Part shown: positions 1 through 7,727 of the stretch, piece after piece
Numbering within the stretch: the first letter of the stretch is position 1
Layout of the letters: every line of letters starts with the position of its first letter
From: Candidatus Thorarchaeota archaeon
GTDB taxonomy: Archaea; Asgardarchaeota; Thorarchaeia; Thorarchaeales; Thorarchaeaceae
Assembly: GCA_038893995.1 (NCBI GenBank)
Contig: JAWAQK010000056.1
Location: 1-14,439 of the forward strand
DNA: 14,439 nt
Reading direction: 5' to 3'
The notes under the pieces: model-generated
Told to the model about the DNA's origin: nothing
Seen by the model: the letters and a program-made list of their open reading frames with translations, nothing else
Databases searched by the model: none
Translations under genes and position numbers: made by a program

Positions 1-237
1 CCTTACGGAGCCTGACCCGACACCATGAGTCTTGATGGCCTCGATGGCGGCCTCCTTCAGCTTTGGGTGATTGGTCAGGTTGAGGTAGTTATTGCTGCAG
101 AGCATTATGACCTCTCGACCATCTACCTTCGAGATTGGTGCGCTGGGCCCCTGCAGCTCTCGGATCTTCCAGTCAAGGTTCTGTGCTACGAGCTTCTGAT
201 ACTCCTCTCGCATCCACGAAGTCGGGTCTCTCTTCAT
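1..237 (-). CDS. kbl: PLP-dependent glycine C-acetyltransferase (2-amino-3-ketobutyrate CoA ligase) / 8-amino-7-oxononanoate synthase family, N-terminal 79 aa; runs off the left edge
   Basis: Manual translation from ATG at 237: MKRDPTSWMREEYQKLVAQNLDWKIRELQGPSAPISKVDGREVIMLCSNNYLNLTNHPKLKEAAIEAIKTHGVGSGSVR. It has the class II aminotransferase N-terminal signature (VDGREVIMLCSNNYL.L..HP; G.GSGSVR) and an AGGTGA RBS upstream. Absent from the ORF track because it has no stop in the window. kbl and bioF cannot be firmly separated on this fragment. Confidence 0.88.
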   Translation of the reverse strand, partial: MKRDPTSWMREEYQKLVAQNLDWKIRELQGPSAPISKVDGREVIMLCSNNYLNLTNHPKLKEAAIEAIKTHGVGSGSVR

Positions 238-242
238 TGGTG

Positions 243-248
243 TCACCT
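243..248 (-). promoter_or_regulatory. Archaeal-type Shine-Dalgarno (AGGTGA) for the kbl-like gene
   Basis: Plus-strand tcacct reads AGGTGA on the minus strand, 5 nt before the ATG at 237. Confidence 0.7.
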
Positions 249-360
249 ATAGCACTATAGATCCAGCCCTTATGGCTGGGCCGATTCGAGGCGCGGTCAG
301 TTGTGCCTTATATCCCATTCGATAGGGGGTCAAGTTGACCGCGTCTGGCAGGCGCGTCCT

Positions 361-972
361 CTAGACGAGTTCCTTTGCCTCTCTGATCCATGCCTCGACG
401 TCCTTGAGCGTTATCTTGTATCCCCTGGGCATCTTGACCTGGCCCAGCTTCACGGCAGTGTTGATGCGCTCTAGGAGTTGGGCAGGATCCGCACTGGCAA
501 GTTCCTCGAGGTCCATGATACCTCCGCCGTAGACGATGGCCTCGGAGTCCTCCTGAGACACCGACTCCATCCATGCAAACCTGGCTGCAGCAACCCACCT
601 CTGGGCAGTGTCATCGGAGACGCCACAGATCTGTGCAAGCCTATCTGCAGGGGTCTCAAGGATGTCCTGCATCGTGAGTATTCCGTTCGATCGCAGTGCC
701 TCGATGTTATCTCGGGTGAGTGTCTCGAGAGTTTCGATTGGGATCTCGGTAAGTTCTGCTGCCTTCTTGACGGCCTCAGGGACGTACGCTTCACCCTCGG
801 CGGTGACAGCCTTAGCAGTCTCAGCAACCTGTCTTCTGTCAGCAGCACTCTTGCACACGACTCCCACGACGGGCACAAGTAGCACAGATGCAGCCAGAGC
901 GTCTGTCTGACGTGTAGACAGAACAAGCATCAGCAACACGCCGGCCCCTAGTCCAACCGAAAAACATCTCAT
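361..972 (-). CDS. DUF4332-like helix-hairpin-helix-fold protein with N-terminal hydrophobic anchor
   Basis: The C-terminal ~130 aa match the DUF4332 pattern (..L...GI.T..D.L....RLA...GVS.....RW...A; G...L.ELA.ADP..L...I; V.AWI.EAK.L). Two hydrophobic stretches lie in the first ~41 aa. AGGAGTGA RBS at about 980-987. Confidence 0.7.
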   Translation of the reverse strand: MRCFSVGLGAGVLLMLVLSTRQTDALAASVLLVPVVGVVCKSAADRRQVAETAKAVTAEGEAYVPEAVKKAAELTEIPIETLETLTRDNIEALRSNGILTMQDILETPADRLAQICGVSDDTAQRWVAAARFAWMESVSQEDSEAIVYGGGIMDLEELASADPAQLLERINTAVKLGQVKMPRGYKITLKDVEAWIREAKELV

Positions 973-1059
973 GATGGGGTCACTCCTAACTGAACCTGTT
1001 CATTCAGAGTGCTGACATGAAGATGAATCTTTGTAGTCGGCATTCAGACACTGGCCATA

Positions 1060-2349
1060 CTAGGGGTTCTCCTTCGGTACCTTAGTCTTCTCTCTCCTTA
1101 TGGCAAGATACATCGGAATGACTGAGACGGGATACAACGTCGTTGCCAGCGGGAAGTAGAGGATCCCAAAGTCCACGATGTTTGAGAAGATCCCCATGGC
1201 TAGTAGTAGGGATGTTATCAGTGTCCCTGTCTGTCTGGGAAATGTCCACATCACACGGGTGAGGGCCCAGAGTCTTCCACGCCTGTTTGGTGTGATCTCT
1301 CCCATGAAGAGTGAGTTTGTCGCAGGACGTACCATATTGGCAGTTGCCTCTCTCACGACATAGAAGACCACCATGACACTGAATACGGGCGACATTACAA
1401 GACCGACTGCGAGCAATGGTGTGACCATGTAGAGCAGGAGGACTGTCTTGAGCTTGCCTATCCTCTCGCTGAACATCCCCACCGCCAGTGTGCCCGACGC
1501 GAGTGAGATGTTGGCCATCGCAGCAACCGACCCTAGAACGAGCTTGTCAGGTGTGAATCTCGCATACATCCACGGTATCAGGTAGGGAACGACCATCCCC
1601 GAGGCCATTCCCATGATGGCCTGGCTCAGACCGAAGAGCAATGCCGTCCTGAAGTCCTCTCTGCTGGTGTGAACCACCTCACTGGTGTGGTCTCCGCTCT
1701 GGGTCTTTCCCTCTCTCGCCTCGATGCGGACAAGCCATCGTTCTGTTGAGAATCCGAGGACTCCTGCAACGACACGAGCGCTCCCCATCATGAAGAATAC
1801 AATCATGTATCGGAGGACCTCAGGCTCGATCCATGGTGATGCCATCTCGTCCAGCAGGTAACCGCCCACGAATGGTCCCACGGTCGCAGCAAGTGTGGCT
1901 ATCGATATCGTGAACCCGTAGGTCTTGGTCCGTTCATCCTGGTCACGAGAGTGGTCTGCAATCATGGCCTCAACAGAGCTTACTATGAAGCCGTCTCCGA
2001 CCCCCGTCACACTGTAGACTGCAAGTAGCAGGATCGGATCTCCAACAAATGGCAGTATGAAGAACGCAGACCCTGTTATCAACCCCCCCACCATTATCGA
2101 TCTGCCCCTGCCCTTCACGTCACTGAACATGCCCGTCAGCGGGAGGAAGAGTCCCTCCGCATAGCCTGCACCGGCAACGAGGAGTCCGTAGAATGACTCG
2201 TCTCTACCGATGGAGAGGACAAAGAGCGGCAATACGACTAGCCTGAGTGCCATGACCAGTCTGTTCAGGGCTGTCATGACGGACAGCCTCCACATCTTCT
2301 GAGACAACAACATCTCCGATACAGCGTTGTAGTGATTCTGAGGGGACAT
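1060..2349 (-). CDS. Major facilitator superfamily (MFS) transporter
   Basis: About 12 hydrophobic segments and motif-A-like loops in both halves (GMFSDVKGRGRS, GMFSERIGKLK). The start was moved from 2532 to ATG 2349 (MSPQNHY...) because the first ~60 aa of the track ORF look non-coding and overlap the divergent promoter. ATG 2313 is also possible. Confidence 0.9.
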   Translation of the reverse strand: MSPQNHYNAVSEMLLSQKMWRLSVMTALNRLVMALRLVVLPLFVLSIGRDESFYGLLVAGAGYAEGLFLPLTGMFSDVKGRGRSIMVGGLITGSAFFILPFVGDPILLLAVYSVTGVGDGFIVSSVEAMIADHSRDQDERTKTYGFTISIATLAATVGPFVGGYLLDEMASPWIEPEVLRYMIVFFMMGSARVVAGVLGFSTERWLVRIEAREGKTQSGDHTSEVVHTSREDFRTALLFGLSQAIMGMASGMVVPYLIPWMYARFTPDKLVLGSVAAMANISLASGTLAVGMFSERIGKLKTVLLLYMVTPLLAVGLVMSPVFSVMVVFYVVREATANMVRPATNSLFMGEITPNRRGRLWALTRVMWTFPRQTGTLITSLLLAMGIFSNIVDFGILYFPLATTLYPVSVIPMYLAIRREKTKVPKENP

Positions 2350-2488
2350 GGCCTGCGTCGATTCTGCGGTCGAAGTTTCTGAGAATAAGACGTTACTGTT
2401 GGTGCACTGTGGTCTGACACAGCACCCTGGATCCGCTGTCTCGGAGGGCCAACGATCCACCGTGGAGCGGGTCGCGACAGGCCCAAGG

Positions 2489-2495
2489 TTATTAA
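2489..2495 (+). promoter_or_regulatory. Putative TATA box (TTATTAA) for the ATPase gene
   Basis: AT-rich island in GC-rich surroundings about 37 nt upstream of ATG 2532, in a divergent intergenic region. Confidence 0.5.
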
Positions 2496-2531
2496 TGTAC
2501 TTCCGCGACGTATTCCGTCGGGATATGAACA

Positions 2532-4127
2532 ATGCACTTGCCCACCCCTGGTTCAGGGTTCGATCGGAGTAGCTACATTCAGGTACTCCGGGAGAACCTC
2601 CCCATGAAGAGATACGTGTCTCGGGGCGACATTCGTGACAGCATTGACATAGATGGTCCTCATCGGGACGCAGACATGGCGATCTACAGGCTCATCCGGC
2701 TGACTCGGTCTGACCATGCGGCGCGTTTTCAACCGATACTGGGGAGCGCAGGCATGGGCAAGACCCACCTCTACTGGGTACTCAAGGATCACGAGAGTGA
2801 CGAGAAGGTGGGCCCGTACTCGACCGTCTATGTGCCGTCGCCGCCCTCTCCAATTCGGGTCCCGCTTCACTTTCACGCATGCCTGGCGGACGAACTTGGC
2901 GACGACCTGTTCAGCAAGGCAGCGGCATCACTCGTCAGCAGATACTCCCGGGACATCGGACCCATGGATCTCGCTCGTGTCGTTCAACGAGCCGTGAGCG
3001 ACCATGCAGGTGTCGCCTCCGATGCCGTCAAGGTGCTACTCATCTACCATCTTGACGAGGGCAGGCGAGTCCTTGCTAGGAGATGGCTACTCGGAGATTC
3101 TCTCAGTCAAGAGGAACTCGATGAGCTCGATGTGAGGATGATACTAGAGGATGACGACGTCACTCTTGCAGCAATTCGCATACTGACCCATGGATACGAT
3201 CGTCCAATTGTTCTATTCATAGACGAGATGGAGGGTCCGTTCAATACTCACGGTGAGGTCGGCGAGAGGCAGTTTCTCGAGGTATTGAAGCGCATGTACA
3301 ATGAGTGTAGGAACATTGTGATCGTGGCCTCCTGCCTGACCGAGATCTGGCCCAGGATCTTTCAGATGGCTGATGCTCCGATGCGTTCGCGGATGGAACC
3401 TCCCATTCCGCTGAGACCCTTCACCAGAGATGATGTGCGCAGCTTTGTCGAGAAGTCAATGATGCTGTACTGGACGGAACAGAACATGGAGAGCCCTCCA
3501 GATACCATATTTCCACTGACTCCGGACGACATCGACGAGGCGTTCCGACACTCGAAGGGAGTTCCGCGTGAGGCGATCCGTCACATAATCCACGCACTCG
3601 ACACGATCCTGATTGGCAGACTGACGACCGCTGTTGCTCCCCAGGATGACCACGTGATCAAGCTGACATCATCCGTCGTCATTGGTGCAGTCGTAAAGGG
3701 CATACTGATCGTCGGAATAAAGATGGGCGCGCAGGTCAGACTCAAGACAGCATCTGGGGGCGGTGCAAAGCAGGCCTCCGCAATAGTAACAGTGACCAGG
3801 AACAGTACGAAGCGCGATGTCATCGTTGATGTTCCGACCGTCAAGGACTGGGACCGTAGTGGGGGTGTGGCCGCCTTCTACTCAGCCCAGCGAGTGAAGC
3901 TCGCGATCGAGGAGGGGCAGGCTGAGATGGGCGTAGTTGCCATACCCGAGGCCACGAAGGGAGCAAAGTTTGACTCTCTCAGTGCAGAGCTCGGTCGCAA
4001 GATGTTCGTCATCAGACTCAGCTCGAGTGATGCAGTTCGACTCGTTGAGTCGACCAATAGGGCAACACTCGAGGAGCAGTTCAAGGGTCCCTTTATGGAC
4101 CTGATAGGCAGCCTATTTGCGGTCTGA
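2532..4127 (+). CDS. AAA+/P-loop ATPase, BrxD/DUF2791-like core, with uncharacterised C-terminal alpha/beta domain
   Basis: Walker A GSAGMGKT (2742-2765), Walker B VLFIDEME (3210-3233), arginine-finger-like PMRSRM and sensor-2-like GVPREAIR. A long helical insert between the Walker motifs contains RRWLLGDSLSQEELDELDV, resembling DUF2791/BrxD-type ATPases. Confidence 0.8.
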   Translation: MHLPTPGSGFDRSSYIQVLRENLPMKRYVSRGDIRDSIDIDGPHRDADMAIYRLIRLTRSDHAARFQPILGSAGMGKTHLYWVLKDHESDEKVGPYSTVYVPSPPSPIRVPLHFHACLADELGDDLFSKAAASLVSRYSRDIGPMDLARVVQRAVSDHAGVASDAVKVLLIYHLDEGRRVLARRWLLGDSLSQEELDELDVRMILEDDDVTLAAIRILTHGYDRPIVLFIDEMEGPFNTHGEVGERQFLEVLKRMYNECRNIVIVASCLTEIWPRIFQMADAPMRSRMEPPIPLRPFTRDDVRSFVEKSMMLYWTEQNMESPPDTIFPLTPDDIDEAFRHSKGVPREAIRHIIHALDTILIGRLTTAVAPQDDHVIKLTSSVVIGAVVKGILIVGIKMGAQVRLKTASGGGAKQASAIVTVTRNSTKRDVIVDVPTVKDWDRSGGVAAFYSAQRVKLAIEEGQAEMGVVAIPEATKGAKFDSLSAELGRKMFVIRLSSSDAVRLVESTNRATLEEQFKGPFMDLIGSLFAV

Positions 4128-4179
4128 GGCTGGCTGTCCGGGCCCATGGCGGTCCCTGTTGAACAGTCCTATTGTCAGA

Positions 4180-4761
4180 TCATCCCTCAGTGTGCGGTCC
4201 TGATGGTCTATCCCGGCCATTGGATCTGTCGTCGCTATCCTGCTCCCTACAGACGAACTCTGGGACTATGATGAGTATCAGCATGATTGACACGACTACT
4301 ATCTTTCCCTCCAGTGTCTGGACAAACAGGCTCACCTGTCCAAGTTGCGGGATCACAAGGACGACCACGCCAACAATGTCTTCTATGGTCCTGTAGCCCG
4401 AGTCTCTCGTCGGGTTGGCATCGCCCTTGGTGTAGAAGTAATAGGAGCCGTCCACAATTTCGATCTCGACCACTCTGTGAACGATTGGAGCTGTTGGATG
4501 CCAGTCCGCCGTATAGACTACGATGTCTCCAACGGAGATCTGTTCAGCCGTCCTTCCCTGGAGGATTAACAGGTCTCCCCTGTACAACGTCGGCTCCATC
4601 GACCCACTAGTCACGACCACCAGGGGGCTGGAAGTACCCATCGCAATGGCAAACAGCCTGAGACCCCCTAGAGTGACGAGCACCACGACAGCAAGCAGAA
4701 CCAACATCTTGATCAGGTCTGACCGTTCTTCCCACTTTAGGGCAACTTTCAGGCGCTGCAT
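4180..4761 (-). CDS. sec11: Signal peptidase I, archaeal/ER type (peptidase S26B)
   Basis: VVVTSGSMEPTLYRGDL (catalytic Ser), IVHRV (catalytic His), TKGDAN..RD, with N- and C-terminal TM helices. Start placed at ATG 4761, supported by a TTATTA box about 35 nt upstream, rather than TTG 4863. Confidence 0.95.
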   Translation of the reverse strand: MQRLKVALKWEERSDLIKMLVLLAVVVLVTLGGLRLFAIAMGTSSPLVVVTSGSMEPTLYRGDLLILQGRTAEQISVGDIVVYTADWHPTAPIVHRVVEIEIVDGSYYFYTKGDANPTRDSGYRTIEDIVGVVVLVIPQLGQVSLFVQTLEGKIVVVSIMLILIIVPEFVCREQDSDDRSNGRDRPSGPHTEG

Positions 4762-4794
4762 AGCTTGACCGAGTAACAGGTCGGCTGGTCTGCC

Positions 4795-4800
4795 TAATAA
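4795..4800 (-). promoter_or_regulatory. Putative TATA box (TTATTA) for the signal peptidase gene
   Basis: Plus-strand taataa reads TTATTA on the minus strand, about 35 nt upstream of ATG 4761. Confidence 0.45.
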
Positions 4801-4859
4801 GGGTGCATCTTGGTGGAGCATCGGTCCTGACCTACTTGAGGTGGCCGGACTGGTCTTGG

Positions 4860-5321
4860 TCAACGGTGGTATCTCTTCTCAGCGCTGTCGATCATGGAGA
4901 GAATTCTTCTTGCATCCCCTACGGCATGGGGTACAAACGAGGCCACTTCCTTCGGTCCGGAACCGGCCTTCTTGCTGAAGAAGTCCCTGAGCATCCTCAG
5001 CCTCTTCTCCTCTGAGGCTGCTGCCTTAGCAGCGTCAGTTGCGGAGGGATAACCTGACTCTGGGGTCTCAGATGCAGTCATCACGTACCACTCGTCCGGA
5101 CTGACCCGTAGTGCTATGATCTCTGCCGGGAGATGTTCCATGTTCTCACGGAACACAACAGCCTCTCCCACTGACACATCTCGGTCAAGGGCTGCTCTGC
5201 TGCCGTCCTCTCGGTCAATGAACTCGACAAAGTCAAAGAGTACTCTCTTGGCCGCACTTCTTAGTGTAGCAAGGTCCGTCCGAACAATAAATCCGCTACT
5301 CGGAACTGCACTCTTGCTCAT
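4860..5321 (-). CDS. Hypothetical protein (153 aa, soluble alpha/beta)
   Basis: Protein-like composition, GGAG RBS 7 nt before the ATG, TTAAAC box about 40 nt upstream, same strand as both neighbours. No motif recognised. Confidence 0.75.
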   Translation of the reverse strand: MSKSAVPSSGFIVRTDLATLRSAAKRVLFDFVEFIDREDGSRAALDRDVSVGEAVVFRENMEHLPAEIIALRVSPDEWYVMTASETPESGYPSATDAAKAAASEEKRLRMLRDFFSKKAGSGPKEVASFVPHAVGDARRILSMIDSAEKRYHR

Positions 5322-5406
5322 GCAACATCTCCTGGTCGTAGCAATGCGTCCAGTCGTGTTTAACTCTTACCAATATGTATTGCACCAGGGGTACACTGGT
5401 GAACCG

Positions 5407-6135
5407 TCAGCGAGCATCTGTCTGGAGGTCTCGTGGTGGTATCATGCTGACAGTCTGGCGAGTTGCTCCTGCGAAGACTGTCACGCGGTCGTCTTTGAAA
5501 TACATCCCAAGTCCACCCAGGTACGGTTCTCTGTCCTCTGGCGTCAGTGCACGGAAGTACAACGCTCTCTTGAGTGACATAAGGGAGAGGTCGTGTGTCA
5601 CATGTATGTGCAGTACCCCCTCTGACGCGGCGAGGAGCCGTGTCACAGTGTCGTCCACGAGCCTCCTCGCAAAGTTCTCGTAGGGCTCTATGCCATCTCC
5701 AAGCTCTCCGTCTGCCCACCTGTTGACAAACTCTGTGACATTTCGGCCGTCCGGTTGAAGGTGTGACCAGACTTCCTCCTGTGTGTAGTCCGGAGAGAAC
5801 AGGCTGTCCAGCGTCTGGACCGATTCTACAGTCCCCCCCATCTGAGTGATACCCTCTGAGATGGCCAGCGCCGTGTCGTAACACCTTGGAACAAAGCTGG
5901 AGTAGACTGACACAGTTCGGCCGGGAGGAAGTCTTCGACCCATTTCCTGCGACATTGACAGGCCGATCTCTGTGAGACCTCCTGACAACATCTCCTGGTA
6001 GTCCTTTATTACCTCTCTGTGAGAGTGTCTCAACACTAGTGCGATTGGGCTTCCAGCGTCAATACCTTCCGTCCACTCCACGATGGCCCTGGCGCTCGAC
6101 AACCAATCAAGTGTGTCCCAATCTGTGTTCATCAT
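5407..6135 (-). CDS. Histidine phosphatase (phosphoglycerate mutase-like) family protein
   Basis: LVLRHS (RHG-type phosphohistidine motif), L...G, YSSFVPRCYDTA (S.P..R...TA-like) and HVTHD (second catalytic His). Confidence 0.88.
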   Translation of the reverse strand: MMNTDWDTLDWLSSARAIVEWTEGIDAGSPIALVLRHSHREVIKDYQEMLSGGLTEIGLSMSQEMGRRLPPGRTVSVYSSFVPRCYDTALAISEGITQMGGTVESVQTLDSLFSPDYTQEEVWSHLQPDGRNVTEFVNRWADGELGDGIEPYENFARRLVDDTVTRLLAASEGVLHIHVTHDLSLMSLKRALYFRALTPEDREPYLGGLGMYFKDDRVTVFAGATRQTVSMIPPRDLQTDAR

Positions 6136-6290
6136 TGCTGAGGTAAGACCAGCCGGTAGGATGCCCTTATTTGAGTATCTCTATGTAGCCGTAGGTGGCG
6201 AGGAGTGAACAATCGACTGTTGAAGATGCAGTGCCCCTCGAACAGGCCCCATGAGGGACATTTGACAGTACTCTGACCCTTCCGTATGTC

Positions 6291-6296
6291 TTTAAG
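6291..6296 (+). promoter_or_regulatory. Putative TATA box (TTTAAG) for the 6327-10837 operon
   Basis: TTTAAG 30 nt upstream of ATG 6327, a spacing typical of short-leader or leaderless archaeal transcripts. Confidence 0.55.
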
Positions 6297-6326
6297 CCCC
6301 TTGCGTCGTCTGATTGAAGGGTATCA

Positions 6327-7715
6327 ATGTTCGTACGCATGGTCAGATCCGATGGTATTGCTGCACATTCGTACTTTGTCAGTTCACGGGGAGAGGCAGC
6401 AGTCATAGACCCTCGACGTGATGTTGGCATCTATGTGAGTCTCTCTCTCAGGACTGGAAGTGAGATCCGATACATCTTTGAGACTCACAGGAATGAGGAC
6501 CTTGTCACGGGTTCGCTCGAGCTGAAGCACGTGTTCCCCTCGGCTGAGATATGCCACAGCAGGGAGACCGACTTCAAGTATGGAGACCATAGGTTGTCTG
6601 ACGGAGACCAGTTTCAGATTGGTGACACAGACATCTCATGTATCTGGACTCCAGGTCACACGGACGACAGCATGTGCTATCTCTTCGGTGACTCTCCGTC
6701 GCCCCAGGACGCAGTGGCTCTCTTCACGGGTGATACACTGTTCGTGGATGGAGTTGGTCGGACCGACCTCGTGGATCCAGCCAAGGCAGGTCTGATGGCA
6801 GACAAGCTATACGACAGTCTGAGACGGATTCTCGACCTACCTGACGGAACACTTGTGTATCCTGGACATGGGGCAGGCTCAGTCTGCGGTGGGGGCATAT
6901 CGGACCGTGAGGTCTCAACGATCGGATTTGAACGGACCCATAATCGTTGGCTGATGCTCGATCGTGAAACGTTCATCAGGCAGAAGGAGAGCGAGAGACT
7001 GACGCTTGCACCCTATTTCAAACACTGCGAGAGACTCAACACTGTCGGCCCACCTCTCCTCAGTCAGCTCGGACCTGTCTCGGTACTCGATGGTCACACT
7101 GTTGCCAAGTTCGCCCAAGAGGCAGGCCACGTGATCGTGGATGTCAGACCTCATGAACAGTTCATCTGGGGTCATATTCCCGGTTCAGTCAGTCTGCCCC
7201 TTGGCAACCTTGGACTGATCGCCGGATGGGTACTCAGACCCGAGGAGCGATTCATACTGATCCCAGACGCAACAGAGTCTTTCGGAGCCGCACGAGCCCG
7301 GCTTGTGCGACTGGGGCTTGACGGAGTGATTGGCGTCCTGCCAGGGGGAGTCGATGCCTGGAAACTGGCCGGCCACCGACTCGACTCCCTGAAGGCCTAC
7401 TCTGCAACAGAGCTCAAGTCCCTCGTTGGATCAGGAGCGATACAGGTCGCAGACAATCGTGAGGAGCACGAGCTGGCCGGAGGGCAGATAGAGGGTTCGA
7501 GATCAGTGCCGTTGACTCGACTTGTGGAATCCATGTCCCGTCTTGACTCAGGTCGTCCAGTGGCGACGGTCTGTCCGTCAGGAGCCAGGTCCACCGCGGC
7601 TGCAAGCATGATGAGACGGCTGGGCCTCGACGATGTGGGTGTACTTGTTGGAGGGCTGAAGGGATGGATACAGATGGGGTACCCCCTGAGGGGGTCAGCC
7701 ATTCAGAAAGAGTAG
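6327..7715 (+). CDS. MBL-fold persulfide dioxygenase-like domain fused to pseudo-rhodanese and rhodanese domains (CstB-like)
   Basis: IDPRRD, ETHRNED, TPGHT, FTGDTLF, GRTDL and YPGHGAGSVCG in the MBL domain. Rhodanese 1 (DVRP..F..GHIPGS) has no active-site Cys; rhodanese 2 has VCPSGARS. Confidence 0.9.
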   Translation: MFVRMVRSDGIAAHSYFVSSRGEAAVIDPRRDVGIYVSLSLRTGSEIRYIFETHRNEDLVTGSLELKHVFPSAEICHSRETDFKYGDHRLSDGDQFQIGDTDISCIWTPGHTDDSMCYLFGDSPSPQDAVALFTGDTLFVDGVGRTDLVDPAKAGLMADKLYDSLRRILDLPDGTLVYPGHGAGSVCGGGISDREVSTIGFERTHNRWLMLDRETFIRQKESERLTLAPYFKHCERLNTVGPPLLSQLGPVSVLDGHTVAKFAQEAGHVIVDVRPHEQFIWGHIPGSVSLPLGNLGLIAGWVLRPEERFILIPDATESFGAARARLVRLGLDGVIGVLPGGVDAWKLAGHRLDSLKAYSATELKSLVGSGAIQVADNREEHELAGGQIEGSRSVPLTRLVESMSRLDSGRPVATVCPSGARSTAAASMMRRLGLDDVGVLVGGLKGWIQMGYPLRGSAIQKE

Positions 7716-7727
7716 AGGCAATCACTC

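Noticed and set aside
263-279. Hairpin CCAGCC-CTTAT-GGCTGG in the kbl leader as a terminator or riboswitch
   Set aside because: Only a 6-bp stem with no U-tract or recognisable aptamer; not enough support.
2350-2532. 61-aa N-terminal extension of the MFS ORF in the track
   Set aside because: It starts at TTG, looks non-coding and covers the divergent promoter region of the ATPase gene.
2532-4127. A complete BREX or other multi-gene defence island
   Set aside because: No PglX/PglZ, methyltransferase, helicase, nuclease, toxin-antitoxin or integrase genes nearby, and no obvious compositional shift.
4762-4863. N-terminal extension of the signal peptidase overlapping the upstream stop codon
   Set aside because: TTG start and atypical sequence; a TATA-like box at 4795-4800 favours ATG 4761.
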